A stretch of DNA of 64,000 bases from Podarcis vaucheri. Lineage: Eukaryota. The notes under the pieces were generated by a model. The model was not told the origin of the DNA and searched no databases. It was given only the letters and a program-made list of their open reading frames with translations. Location of the stretch: the NCBI GenBank assembly GCA_965113315.1, contig OZ220363.1; one strand, 5' to 3'. Both the position numbers and the translations under genes were made by a program. Every line of letters starts with the position of its first letter. Within the stretch, counting starts at the first letter, position 1. Below are positions 36,615 to 49,849 of this stretch, piece after piece.

Positions 36615-39108
36615 GAACAGGGTGAAAGTGTGCCTAGCACATTTGGAATGAAATCTGCTGTGACAGATTAACAGACGCTCTCTCTCTCTGACTCCAGTCT
36701 GCAAAGAATACACGAAATGCCTTTTGGAAGCAAAGTGAACAGCAAAACCATCTTTGGTTATGAAATGTTTAAAGAGTGAGTAGAGGCATAAGGCAGGATT
36801 TCATCACTTCTAAAATGCTAGACATGGATGCTATAAAACATTTAATGGGTCAGAAAACCAGGGGGCACAGACATAATCTCAGCAAATACATGGCCACAAT
36901 CTTGCATATGTCATGGTAACAAGATTGTGCGAGCGGGGAGTCATTTGCAAGAGATGATAGGTAGGTGGAAAAGAGGTTGCTTAACCCCTACCCTGTTCAC
37001 CTAGTCACCCCTGAAAATGATCCTCAAGGATGCTTTCCTATGTTTTCCACCAGTTTGCATAGTTCCCTGGGGGAAACAAATTCAAAACCGCTGCAGAGGA
37101 TTTGCAGAGGATTATTGGTAGGATAGATCAAGCATTCCTCTTATATTGACTTTAAAAGGAAGGCAGAAGGCTGGAGACTATCTATTTTCATGCTCCTGAC
37201 TCAGGGAGCATCCAGACATAAAATTATGCAATGAGGTAGCATAGTGCATGATCTGTCTCCCCCACCCCCTTCTCCATTTGCACAATTGATCTGAAAATTT
37301 CTCATGCCACCCAGCTTCCTAGCCAGTGCCCTGCCCCTTCTTCAAGATCAGAATAATTTCATTTTTAAAAAATGTCTGAAGTTTTGTCTAGCTGCTCCCT
37401 TCCCATGAATTGTGGTGGTGTTCTGTTGCATGTCCATTTATGGATGCCATTTATTTCTAGTTCCTGTTTGAAACTTTTCAGTTAATCAAGAGAAAAGAAC
37501 AACATAAAACATGGGTTGTCCACAGACATACTCCTGGGTGGAGGAGCGGGGGAGAGGCTAATTTATAAGGACCAGAGGAAATTTAACTGCTGTGTATTTT
37601 AGCATGATTCATTGGAATTTGCTACTTCAGTGAGTCATATTATGTAAGAAACATGCCTTACAGCAAGCTTTGTCATTGATAGTGTTACTGAGGGATGTTC
37701 ATGTCTAAAGGTGGAATTTTAATCCAATGAATAATCAACCCTGTAAAAATAATCTCTGTCTTTGGACATAAGAGGATGGTGATAAAGGGGACATATATAA
37801 CGACACTTCCCTGTGTCCACCCCCCACCCATTAGAGAAGTCTAGAGTTAAAATCCAGATGGGCATCCACTTATGTAAATTATGAATTTGATTCATCATTT
37901 GTAATTACTCCACCAGAGTCCATAATATGCGATGAAATCTACAGAGTATAACGTTGTGCTGCCTCCCTAGCCCATATCATACAACCTTGTTTGAGTTCTA
38001 TTTTAATTTAAACAAGGATTGAAAGGTTTGCCACACTAATTTCACCCACTGACCAGTGTCACACAAGACACTGGATTCTCTCATCTAATATAGGGGCACT
38101 AGATGTTTCCTAATTACAATTTATCATTATTTGTGCCAGGATTTGTTGGTTCATTTTACCAGCTGTTTCCAGATATGATTTCACAACTCCTTCCTTGAAT
38201 ATATTCCTTAATTCATTCAATCCATTCCCCCCCCCTCCACACACACACTTGCAGATTACCTAAGGTTTTTATTACCCATTCCTTCATTATTCTGGGTAGA
38301 ATTCAACTATGTGGTCTTCTGGTAGTTCCATGGGTGCAAGGACTGCAGCTCGTCAGATAAAATGATCCCTCTTTGACTGTCCCTGGCCAGAGCTTATTTA
38401 GGGAGGTGGGGGCACACTGGGGGAGGAGAGGGAGGAATCCCAATGGCACAAGCAGAAGTCATGTGCAGGATTTCCACTGACAGGGCTAGTAAAATGAATC
38501 CTGCCCTACATACAGCTGTGACTATGCCCTCCTAATCCCCCCCCCCCGCGTCTGAAAATGCAACAACAAGGGGAAAGGAACAGGTTCCTGGCTCCTCCCA
38601 CCACCACCACCACCACCCTTCATTGAAAAACTGCTGAGGAAAGGTCTGCCTCTCATTTGAAATAGGACCTTCTCCCTTGAACTTTCAAAAACAGACAGGC
38701 ATTTGGACATAACAACATGAAAAGGGAGTTCCATTTGCAATAGTAAACACTAGAGCATTAAACTTGGCACAGACATCAAATATCCTTCTTCATTTATGGT
38801 CCTTACAATGGGTGAAATGCAACATTAGTAACACTCAAGAGTATAACTTGTCCATGGAATTCAGTGGATCTCCTCTGAGTATGACTAATGTTAGATACCA
38901 CCCCAGTCAAACAGCAGCCTTATTCAGATGGATGTTGTTGTTGTTTAAATGCATTACAAAATCACAGTGTGAACAAGGAACAAGGAACCTGACTATTTCT
39001 GTGCTCTGCAATGTAGGGCAGCTGGAAGCGATGGAGTAAAAGTACAAAACATCTGAAGGGCACTCAGTTTAGGAAGGCTGGTGTAGGAAGTCAACAATAT
39101 ATCCAGAC

Positions 39109-39372
39109 TGTTATGTACTGAAGTTCTCACCCTGGGCCAGCAGGGGGATACTGTAGATAGTTTTCACTCAGGTCCACATATGCAAATAAGGGATTGAAAG
39201 TGACATTCAGTGATTGGAAAGTTACAGAAAGTGGTTACTTTTGCGTTGTAGTGGAGCTCTATATAAGCAGGCTGGCTGAACCCTTCAGTTCAGTTCCGTT
39301 CTGGCCTGTGAATAAACAAGAGCTGTTTGAAGAATCGCTGTGTCGTCTGATATGTTCACCCACAACTTAACA
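39109..39372 (+). mobile_element. Solo LTR (264 bp)
   Basis: TGTTA...TAACA termini; 5-bp TSD CAGAC; TATATAA at 39260-39266; AATAAA at 39311-39316. Confidence 0.92.
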
Positions 39373-41497
39373 CAGACAGCTCATACAAGCAGACAATGTC
39401 CTATTCTGAAAAAGAAACAGAGGCACAGATGCTGCCTAGCCAATAAGACATGGGTGGAAGTGACTTTGTTGATTCCAGATACTGCAGAAACCATAAGTAT
39501 GCACAAGTGGTATTTCATATGATGCCTTTCCTAAAGGAAGCTCGGGCACTGTACATCTTCCAGAAGTCAAGCACTTTAAAGTCCCATGATTTCAATAGAA
39601 GATTTCCACTGACATCTCTTTCACCCTCTGTTTTAAGGTCACACAAGTGGAATCAATTTATACATCCTGCTTATGAGGCTCATGAGTGCTTTTTTACAGA
39701 CTGCACCACATCTGTGGCTGCTGGAATCCCCTTCCTGCCAGCCTGCAGGCCGCACCCGTTGGGGGGGTGCAAGGTGCATTTCTGAGAGTGTTGCTATTAT
39801 TATAAGTAACTGCTCTGGTGCTTCTATTGGGGGGGCGGGAAGCTCCATGCAAAAGCATCTTCACCACCCCACCTCAATGCTCATTGCACCAGCGGGTATG
39901 ATTTATGCCATGCTTGGAGTCATAGGAGCGCAAAATGTCGAGATAAATTGACTCTTGTCTGGGGACCCTGGGATGCACTAACTCTTAGGCAGAGTTGATG
40001 TGCTTTTTTTCCGTGTGTTCTATGGGAAAAAAATAAAATAAAAATAAAAGAGGTTCCCTGGGAGAACTTCCATGCCAAGTTTTAGGAGTACTAGGGATTT
40101 ATAATGGATTTTTAAAAGTAGCAACTGTAATCACTGGAGCTATAATTTTAAGCAAAGTGACAATGCTGAACAAATAGTTTCTCCTCAAAGGTATTCCTCA
40201 CCTGTGAACGCACCACTGACAGGTCTCAAAAGCTGGCCACTGAAATGGTTTTCTAGCTTTAGATTTAAGCACCTAGTTCACAGCCTAGCTAAGCAAAAGT
40301 GTGGGGAATTGCTAAAGGAAGGCCCATCTAAATATTCACCATGGCCTCCTCTCATTGAACTGTATCACCCCAGTTTTTCACACAGGGAGCCGCTTGTCTG
40401 AAGCTATCCTGACATGAAAATCACAGTTCTTGTCAAAAAGGAGCACTGGAATATTAAGATTCTCCTTCCAGCGGTAGGTTTTGACGCAAGCACAGTTTTT
40501 CACAGGCTGCAATCACACAGCTGTTTTATTTCATTTCCCCAATATTTCCCTGTTAATTTCTGCATTATATTTGAGCTTTCATATGCTGTAAAAGGCACTT
40601 CTGGGAAACATATAGTGCATGTCAAAGGCGAATTTAGGGAAGAGCTTCTGGGACATTGCAGCAGGCACCGAAACTATGACATCTGCCACTGAGCTTTGAG
40701 ATGCCAAGGTCCTCCACTGTGCAGGTTCAGTGCTCATTTCCATGTTATTTGATTCCAGAAAATGCCCATTTGCAGCCCACTTAACCTATAAATTGTAGGA
40801 ATAAAGTGGTGAAATTTGGGGATGTATACCAGCATATAGTTCTTTCCTGATGTTTCCGTTGTGGAACATGTGTGGAAAGGGTGGAGTAACAATGTAGTCC
40901 AATGATGTTCATTGCTATATCATACCATACCCACTGGTGTGAACAAAATTTAGCACGACATGCTGGTATTGGGGTGAAAAAGCTGCAGTTCCAAAATAAA
41001 ACAGGCACTGCAGTGTGAAAGGAACGTTAGAAAACAGGGCAGAAACTCTAGCATTATAATCAGGAAATTCTCTATGCTGAATGCATCCTCAAATGCTGAT
41101 GAATTTTCATGAGAACTTCTTTTAAAAAAATCAAACTGATGTGGAAGCATGGAGAATGGAACTTAAAACTGCAAAAAGTAGAAACAGAAAGAAACTGAAA
41201 TAGACATATTTGCCCCTCCCTAGTGCCCCCATAGCCAATGGCACAGTTGCAGCTTACCCCCAGTACCACTAACTACTATGGAGTGGAAATATACTAGAAA
41301 GCTGAAACTGAGTGAAGTCTAAGTATTTTCTCATAGCCTAGATATAAATAGGGGTGAACAGGGCATTGTTTCATTCAATAAATTTCACAGCCAAGTTGCT
41401 TTTTTTTAATTGCTATTGAAAGTTCATCTTGATTAGCATGCCAGTGCTTGATGTTTTCATGTCAATGTGATATAGACTGTTTTACTTATAACACTAA

Positions 41498-41838
41498 CAG
41501 ACCCTCCAAGTGTCCCTATTTTCTAGGGACAGTCCCAGATTTGCAGAAGCTGTCTTGGTTTCTGATTTGATCCCAGAATCCGCTTTTCCTTAGGACATCC
41601 CTATTTTCATTGGAGAAATGTTGGAAGGTATGGAGTTATTTGACCCCCGAGCCATCTAAAGCCTAAAGTATAGGGAAGGTTTTTTTAAAAAAAATATTAA
41701 TATTTTATTATTATCATTTATATGTTGGAAGCTGTCCAGAGGGCTGAGGTAACCCAGTCAGATGAGTGGGGTATAAATAGTAAAATTATAATAGAATAGG
41801 ACGTCCCTATTTCCATCGGAAAAATGTTGGAGGGTATG
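41498..41838. mobile_element. Non-autonomous TIR element with 6-bp TSD, containing an L2 3' tail
   Basis: TIRs CA(G/T)ACCCTCCAA; CACTAA on both flanks; internal GGAAGCTGTCCAGAG...GATGAGTGGGGTATAAAT matches the L2 tail. Confidence 0.75.
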
Positions 41839-42269
41839 CACTAATCAGTTCTACACATTGCTAAAGCATTTTGACCACAACTTTTCTATGAGGTTTGAAG
41901 GTGTGGCATTGATGAGCTCAAATTCCCAATCCCTTGCTTCTTCTGTGCTTGCAAGCATGATTTCAAGGGTGTCCTCTTGAAGAAAGGTGTGGTGTACATA
42001 GCCATTCAAGGTGGCTGCCTGACTAATCCCTAGAAAAGCCTACCAAAGCCCCAGATCTTCTGGAAGCACTGAGGGTCTTCCATGCAAACTGGTTTTCAGA
42101 ACCCCTGGTTGAAGCAGTCTTAGAATGGTTTTCTTGCTTTGAATAGAAGATATATTTTGTCAGCAGGTCATTTTCCCTGAGGGTTCCCTTTGAGAAAAGG
42201 TTCCAGGATGCTTCAAACTCCACCTTGAATGAGTCCTTTTGTTTATCAACTGATTTCACCTCCAGAAAA

Positions 42270-42790
42270 GGGCCACAGTTCAGTGGTACAGCACCTGCTT
42301 TGCCTGGAGATGGTTTCTGAAATATACTTGGAGTCGAGAGTGGATTTCATGCTCTTTATTCAACTCATAGAGGCGAGGAGGAATGGAAGTTCCCCCAGAA
42401 TGTCTGCCTTAGATACATTATTTGCACAATGGGCCCCATGTGAATGGCTAATTCTGGGATTCTCCTATAGGCCAATCAGGTTGCGGATTCCCTTCCACCT
42501 GGAGCTGGATTGGGTGGCTTCTGTGGACCAATCAGACAGCTGCATTCTGGATCCTATTGTTCTAGGACCAATCAGACTGCTGCATTCTGAATCCTATTGT
42601 TCTAGGACCAATTAGACTGCTGCCTTTGGGATCCTATTCAACTCAGTACATAACAGTTTCAGGTTCGATCCCCGCCATATCCACGTAGGGCCTAGAGAAA
42701 GGCCTCTATCAAACCCTGGAGAGCTGCTGCCAAGACAATGCTGAGCTACTTAAACCACTGACCTGCTTCAGTGTAAGGCAGCTTCCTATA
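42270..42790 (+). mobile_element. tRNA-derived SINE (Squam3-like) split by a solo LTR
   Basis: A-box TTCAGTGGTACAGC before the LTR; B-box GGTTCGATCCC after it; 3' end GCAGCTTCCTAT. Confidence 0.75.
42318..42655 (-). mobile_element. Solo LTR (338 bp) with three 40-bp CCAAT-box tandem repeats
   Basis: Minus-strand TGTTATGTACTGAG...TTTCA; 5-bp TSD GTTTC; minus-strand AATAAA at 42360-42355; repeat units start at 42525, 42565 and 42605. Confidence 0.9.
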
Positions 42791-43537
42791 GGTTGGATGA
42801 CCAGGTTACTAGGACTGCGCAAGGCAACTCTGATTCTCTTTAGAGCCCCATTCAGCAATCCAGATCCAGGCCTTGAACTGACTCAGGGGCTTCATACAGT
42901 CCTAATGTTTAATTAGGGTTTAAAACCTTAATTAAACATAAGGTCAGCAGCAAGTGGTGGTGGAAAGAAGAGAAAATGCAGGCAGACAACTCACCTGCAA
43001 TGCCGTCTTCTGCACTCCCTCCAAAACACATTTAATCAGGCCTGCTTCATATCCTCTGCCCCCTCTCCTCACGGCCTAACTCTGCTCTCATTTGACAGCT
43101 CCAGATTGCTTGTGTACCTGACCCAGGGAAGTCCAGGTCCATCTGAACCTGCTCTGGACAAATCCTGGATCAGCCTGGGATTCGGAATTTGTCCAAACCA
43201 GATTCACAACCTTGCTCTTAGTGTCACCTGACATGCAGAGATTTCTGTGCTTTACAAAAATACAAAGTAGAAAAAAAGCCAAAAGTAAAGTAAGTTATTT
43301 ACTTTAACACAGAGAGTGGGAAGACAGAGTGAACTGCTACCGACCCAACAAAAAATTGCATCTGCGCTAAGGTAGGACCTTTCAACCCACCTGCCGGCAA
43401 GGGGTTAACCTTACACATTTAATATCCTACCTCATACAGGTATAATTGTGGTAAGGATCAAGGTTTGATAGTAACCTTAGTATGTGGGTGCTCCTCCTTC
43501 AGAACACAACAGTATAAAAGCCATGCAAATGGAGATG

Positions 43538-43716
43538 NNNNNNNNNNNNNNNNNNNNNNNNNNNNNNNNNNNNNNNNNNNNNNNNNNNNNNNNNNNNNNN
43601 NNNNNNNNNNNNNNNNNNNNNNNNNNNNNNNNNNNNNNNNNNNNNNNNNNNNNNNNNNNNNNNNNNNNNNNNNNNNNNNNNNNNNNNNNNNNNNNNNNNN
43701 NNNNNNNNNNNNNNNN
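43538..43716. other. Assembly gap (N run)
   Basis: N bases. Confidence 1.
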
Positions 43717-44250
43717 NGCCCTCCCACTTCTCTCATCCCAGTCAGTCAAAGTCATAGCTAAGCGGAATTGACAAGCAATTGATATGGTGGAGGCACGAAG
43801 CCGCCGAGGCGGGCAAGGTAATCAAGGGGCTGCAGCTGTTGAGGGCTAAGCGCTTCCAGGTGAATGTCGCCTGAGATTTTGCATCCTGCCACTCGGAGGA
43901 CTTGGGACATACAGCGGTGGCTGACAACACATCTGGTGCCAGGTGGGCTGGGAGGGGATACTGCAAATCCAGGAAGGGAACAGAAGGGTGGACAAGGATT
44001 GATGAATGGACAAGACTCCGAAACAAAACACCTTTTCAAAGGCTCGCATCCCACTACCAACTACCCCGGGATCAAACAAGTTTAGCTGCATGGAACAATG
44101 ATGCGTCCTTGACTTGGACTCCAGATGTGAGAATGCCCACTTAAATCTAAAACCACCATCAGGAGGCTCCCTGTTCACATGGGAAGTTCATCACACAGAT
44201 GGGCTCCCAGGTCACCGTCATCTCAGGGAGAGCTTCGTGCTTCCCAGGTG

Positions 44251-44635
44251 TAGGGATGGAGGAGAAATTGGATTCAGGTTGCATTTAAAGGCAAATCTAC
44301 CTAGTTCACACTTCTGGATGCAGTATGTAAACCAATGCCTAACCTTTCTTCAAAATGCACACCTGTCTGGAGCACTGCATTTTGAAATTTGGACAAGCGA
44401 TGTGTACAAAAATGCCTATGCTAGGGTAAAGAGTGCACATACTAAGGGAAAGCACACACAGTGTGTACAGTAGGCAAAATTATATGCAAAATGTGTCTAG
44501 TAGGAGAAATGCTGGTGAATTTACATGTGGACTTAAAAAATAAGAATCACAAACTGATATGTGGAAATGTGCACTAAAGATTGGAAAAAATTTGAAGCTG
44601 AGAGACACCAAAAGTGATATATTTGCCCATCCCTA
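44251..44635. mobile_element. Old hAT-like non-autonomous element; related fragment at ~41030-41222
   Basis: TAGGGATGG...CCATCCCTA termini; shared AAACTGAT.TGGAA...ATATTTGCCC.TCCCTAG end; no clear TSD. Confidence 0.55.
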
Positions 44636-45454
44636 GATAGCAATTTCACCCCTGGAGGATCTACCATATGCCAAAATTGACAGATTTGCCCCTCCCTACC
44701 AACGTGGACCACAATAAAACACTGGACAATCAATGCAATTCTGTGGGGCCACTTAGTTACATCAGAGATTTGCACTTCTACAATTAAGGTGGCATCTTAA
44801 GCCTATAATCTTCAAGGAATCGTATTGGGATCAAAGCTCCCAGCTGTGGTGCAGGGGAACCCCTGCTTTGATCTTGAAAGTCACTCCAGAATGGTACAAT
44901 GCTTAAGCACTAACTAGAAATTTCTAGTTAGTGTATGAATGCTTGGCATGATTTTGGATGTCCATTGTTAGCTCTTTGCATGCCTCCTTAAGGCCCACAT
45001 CTACTATCAGTATAAGTTTACCCTTGCTTAATGGTGTAGCCACACTATGAAGCTTTCCTTTCCCCTTTTTGTTGTCTTCAACACACAGCGTTTCAAAAGA
45101 CAAATGAGATTTAAAAGTACAAATGTTTTAATGAGCAGAACCAAAAGGTCATACTTGCCTGCTTCTATACAATCCCCAGCATTTATTTCAGTACATTTAA
45201 TGAGCATCCACATCTGGGACAAGAAAATAATATTAACAACACTCCCTCTGATGCTTTGTGAGTACTTTCTGAATGATTTGCAGAGCTTGCACGTCACCAC
45301 AAGCTATTATATCTTACTGAATTCATCATCTCAACAACAGCAGACCCACAATTCCTCTTTGCTTTTGCAGACAGTTGGGATGGCCTTCTCCAGCTATGCC
45401 CTGCAAACCCTGTTCAGAATTCCCTTAGTTCCTTAATGTAGTAGATGCAACCAA

Positions 45455-45566
45455 TCAATCAATATTTATACCCCGCCCATCTGGCTGGGTTTCCCCAGCC
45501 ACTCTAGGCAGCTCCCAACAGAATATTAAACAGAATAAAACATCAAACATTAAAAACTTCCCTAAA
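45455..45566 (-). mobile_element. L2 3' tail fragment
   Basis: TTTATACCCCGCCCATCTGGCTGGGTTTCCCCAGCCACTCT is the reverse complement of the L2 tail at ~60700-60740. Confidence 0.8.
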
Positions 45567-47559
45567 CTTACTTGCTGTGCAGGAAGCTGTGGCAGTTCTT
45601 GAAGCATGAGAATCTGCTTCATCATAACAGCTATAGGACAGGATGCCATTAGCCATGGCCAAATTCCTCATGGCTTGATTTGGACCTGGGCTTGCCAAAA
45701 CCAAGCTGTTTCCCAAAAGTGACTAAAAAAGTACATTTTTCCTGAGTCAACTAGACACCAATTTGCAAAGAACAGCTTGTTTAATATCAAAACTTAATAT
45801 TCCTAAATAAAGAGTCATTCCTTGAAGTAAGGGTCAGGTAAGCTCCCCGTTATACCATCAGTACAGGAACAGAGTCCACATGCATCACCTCACCCAAACC
45901 CTTGAGACCCTCAGCCCCTTTCTCTTCCCACTTATCTAGCTGCAGAAAGTGGGAGGCATTCATGTGAGGAATCATTCCCTCTCAGGCATCAAGGGAAGCC
46001 AATAGCAAGGAGATTGTGCTAGAGACAGAAAAGGACTTGCAGGCCTCATCTTCAATAGTGCTAGATGGTTGTTCTTGAACATGCAAAGGAGGACTACTTG
46101 CAGTAAATGGGAGTTACCGTTTCCTGCATGACCTCTCCAGTGTCCAGTGAGACCTTCTTGCTGTTGATTCCACCTCCCCATTCACAAAGATAAAATTTGT
46201 TTGGCAAGAGGGTGGGATGACCATCAGTGTTGGAGGAGAATCATATCTGAGCCAGGCTCAACTCCAGAGGAATGTGAGATCAGCTTGCAATGCAACATGG
46301 AATTCTGAATTTGAGGAGTTCATATTCCCCATTTTTCAGTTCTCCGTCACATGATGTAATGGGAGTTCCAGCATAGCAGCTGCCCACGTACTTCTCCTTT
46401 ACTGCACCACTTCCCTGACCTCCCTTTGACTGAGTCACTGGAATAGAGAGAGGAGGGGCAGTGTGGTTAGCACTGTGCAAACGCATCAACAGAAGCTTCA
46501 GATTGGCATAGTGGAAACACACTGGTGAAGCCACTCTCACCACCACCTCTCTCCTCCCTGTCCCCATCTCAGTATACAGCAGTGACTTGGCCAGGAGGTC
46601 AGCTGAGGAGTGCCGTTCCAATGTCCACTACTGATACCGGCATGCGGTTCCAAAGAAAGAGTCCCCCATCCAACTCAATCCCAAACAAAAACAAATCCTT
46701 GTGTATAACCGTCCAGGGATCCTTTACCTTTTTCCTCAGACCTTATTTAAAAGCTCCATCCCCTCATTTCCCACATGTTCAACACAAAAGGCTTTAGAAT
46801 GGGGAGGCCATTTAGAAAACTCATCTTCCTCTCCTAGCTTTGCACAAGGCTTTTGCTTAGAAGCCAGAGACTACAAGGCCCTGTGAATGGATGTGGGGAA
46901 AGGGTATTCTTTGGGGGCAGGCTCTTTTTGCCTCCTCCTTAGGCAAGGATCGACACTCCCTTACAATAGGACAATAACCAGGGACAATTATTTAACAGGA
47001 GAGCAGTCCTGACAAGCACCAGTAGTAAGATCTCAAAGATACTTTAGCACAGATAATCACATCCATTAAAGTATTGTTCATCACTACTAATTAACTGCTT
47101 TTAACATACCGTGTATTCAAGAGCATGGTAGAAAGACATATGTTGTACTACAAAGACAAAAATCACTCAGTGAGTAAGGGAACTGCTGTCAGTCAATCCT
47201 ACACATAGTTTAGCAAGCTCACCCCCTGTAATGGCAGATTAAACCTGGCAGATTTGATGAGGCATGATCAGCTCTAGGTATTTCCATTTTCAACAGCAGG
47301 AGTCCCCCCACCCCAATGCTACGGCATGTTCTCCTTCATATCTAGCTCAGAAACCACACACGCACACCCTCTGCCAGTTCACCCAGCTCTTAGCAGAAGA
47401 GTAAGAACATTTGAGGTAATTGACTTGTATATTCCATTTCAAATTATCCAACTTAATGTAGAACGGAGGGGGCAGGAGCAGAAAAACACTCAGGTCTGAA
47501 TGAAGTCTATGCTATGACACAGTTGGACGGGTGAAACTAACACATAGCTGCCATTTTCT

Positions 47560-47895
47560 ATAAGAGCTGTTCAACAGTGGAACAGACTAGTTCAGAAGGT
47601 GGTGGATTCTCCTTCATTGGAGGTTGTTAAACAGAGGTTGGATGGCTGTTTGTCAGATTTTTTTATTTTTATTTTTTGTTGTGGCTCCTGCTTTGCAGGA
47701 GGTTGGACTAGATCAGGCACCCCCAAACTCAGCCCTCCAGATGTTTTGGGACTACAATTCCCATCATCCCTGACCACTGGTCCTGTTAGCTAGGGATGAT
47801 GGGAGTTGTAGGCCAGAAACATCTGGAGGGCCAAGTCTGGGGATGCCTGGATGAGATGAACCTTTGGAGCTCTTTCAACTCTACAATTCTATGAT
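47560..47895 (+). mobile_element. CR1 3' fragment interrupted by a hAT MITE
   Basis: TAAGAGCTGTTCAACAGTGGAACAGAC...TCTACAATTCTATGAT tail. Confidence 0.8.
47714..47849. mobile_element. hAT/Charlie-type palindromic MITE
   Basis: CAGGCACCCCCAAAC...GTCTGGGGATGCCTG; degenerate 8-bp TSD GACTAGAT/GATGAGAT. Confidence 0.8.
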
Positions 47896-48614
47896 CAATG
47901 CCACACCTCAATTTGACCTTAGTTCATAAATAGGTTGCTGGCTTTACCAAACCTTTATTTTATTTATTGATTCAAGTATTTACATGTTGCCCTTTCACAT
48001 AAAATATCAAGGTGGTAAACAGCAAAATATCATAAAACAATACAAAATAATCGCTTAAAAGACTGGCTCATCTAAAAAAAAAAAAAAGACTGTACAGGCA
48101 TGTTGGCATAAAAATCATTAGCAAATACTAAAATTAGATGCATTCCTTGGCTAGGAATTTTCATTTTTGTCTTTATTAAGAGTTGTGACTTCTTGCAACA
48201 GAATTGTAACTTCATCCCTATAACGATCGCCCATTACGGCTCAATATCTCATGAGCAGCAAAGTAAAAGACTCAACAGGGAATGGCTATGAGGGAGGTAT
48301 CTTACCCCTGCTAAATCCCAGGATGAAAAATAAACATTGGTAGTGACTTTGTTTCCAAAATGTGCACTATAGTACATTACAAAACAACTTGTTATATGTG
48401 TTCATGAAATATTCCAGATGCTCATTTACGCAGCTGTTTGTCAGTCATCCATTTAATTTTGCGCTGCCACATCCTAATATGCCTTTAGCACTCTGCAACA
48501 AAGTTGCACAGGTGTGCTCTGCCCTGTTATTGTACAAAAGTACGGGGTAACAAATAACATGTTCTGCAACAATTCAGAAGGTCAGGAGATAATTTGATCA
48601 TTTCTGTAACATGT

Positions 48615-48618
<4 letters not shown>

Positions 48619-48683
<65 letters not shown>
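48619..48683. repeat. Compound (TC)n(CA)n microsatellite
   Basis: Directly visible. Confidence 0.95.
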
Positions 48684-48686
<3 letters not shown>

Positions 48687-48921
48687 GTTCATGTTTAAAG
48701 AAACATAAAAGTAGTAGTAAAAGTAGTAATTCTATACACATGGTATATCCCTTTGTTCAATGAACAGAAGTGCTTTTGCTCCAGTAGATGCCCCACCAAT
48801 GAAAGAGGGTAGCAATTTGCATGGATTCACCTCTGCATCCTCTTCTATCCACCAGATAATTGCATTGGGGGAATCCTCCAGACCTGTGAATAAGGTGCAC
48901 GAAACTGCATTAGGGAGGGGT

Positions 48922-49849
48922 AGCCAATGCCAATGAAGACGGAATCAGGATTCAAGATGACCTTAACACATTGGAGAACTGGGCCAAAGCTATCAAAATG
49001 AATTTTGATAGGTACAAATGTAAGATTCTACATTTAGGCAGGAATAACCAGCTGCACAAATAGAAGATGGGGAATGACAAGCTTAACATGAATCAACAGT
49101 GTGGTGCAGCAGCAAAGAAAGCTGATGTTATTCTAGGCTGCATCAATAGACGTTTAGTGTCCTGATAAAGGAAAGTAATAGTCCCACTCAATTCTGCCTT
49201 GATCAGACCACACCTGGAGTACTGTGTCCAATTCTGGGCACCACAATTTAGGAAGGATATTGACAAGCTGGAATGTGTGCAGAGGAGGGCAACCAAGATG
49301 ATCAAGGGTCTGGAAACCAAGCCCTTTCAGGAATGGTTGAGAGAGTTAGTTATGTTTAGCCTGGAGAAGAGGAGACAAAGGAGACATCATAGCCATTTTG
49401 AAATATCTAAAGGGATGTCACATAGAGGATGGAGCCACCTTGCTTTCTCCTGCTCTGGAAGCTAGGACCCAAACAAATGCATTCAAGTTATAAGAGAGGA
49501 GAGTCCACCTAAACATCAGGAATAACTTTCTGACAGTAAGAGCTGCTTGACAGTGGAAGGTGTTAGACCAGGCTTCCTCAACCTCGGCCCTCCAGATGTT
49601 TTTGGCCTACAACTCCCATGATCCCTAGCTAGCAGGCCCAGTGGTCAGGGATGCTGGGAATTGTAGTCTCAAAACATCTGGAGTGCTGAGGTTGAGGAAG
49701 CCTGCATTAGATTATCCTTCCTTGGAAGTTTTTAAGCTGAGGTTGGGTGGCCATCTGTCTTTTATGATCTAACTGATTCCTGCACTGCAGGCAGTTGTAC
49801 TAGATGACCCTTGGGGTCCCTTCCAAATCTACAATTCTCTTATTCTATC
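48922..49849 (+). mobile_element. Older CR1 LINE 3' part, interrupted by a hAT MITE
   Basis: Translated [24 protein letters not shown]; similar to 6923-7603 with stops and deletions; degenerate ATTCT tail. Confidence 0.9.
49569..49704. mobile_element. hAT/Charlie-type palindromic MITE
   Basis: Perfect TIR CAGGCTTCCTCAACCTC/GAGGTTGAGGAAGCCTG; degenerate 8-bp TSD TGTTAGAC/CATTAGAT. Confidence 0.85.

Noticed and set aside
42270-42312. tRNA-like sequence
   Set aside because: SINE head, interrupted and followed by a SINE body; not a tRNA gene.
42525-42640. Regularly spaced 40-bp repeats resembling a CRISPR array
   Set aside because: Head-to-tail repeats without unique spacers, inside an LTR, in eukaryotic DNA.
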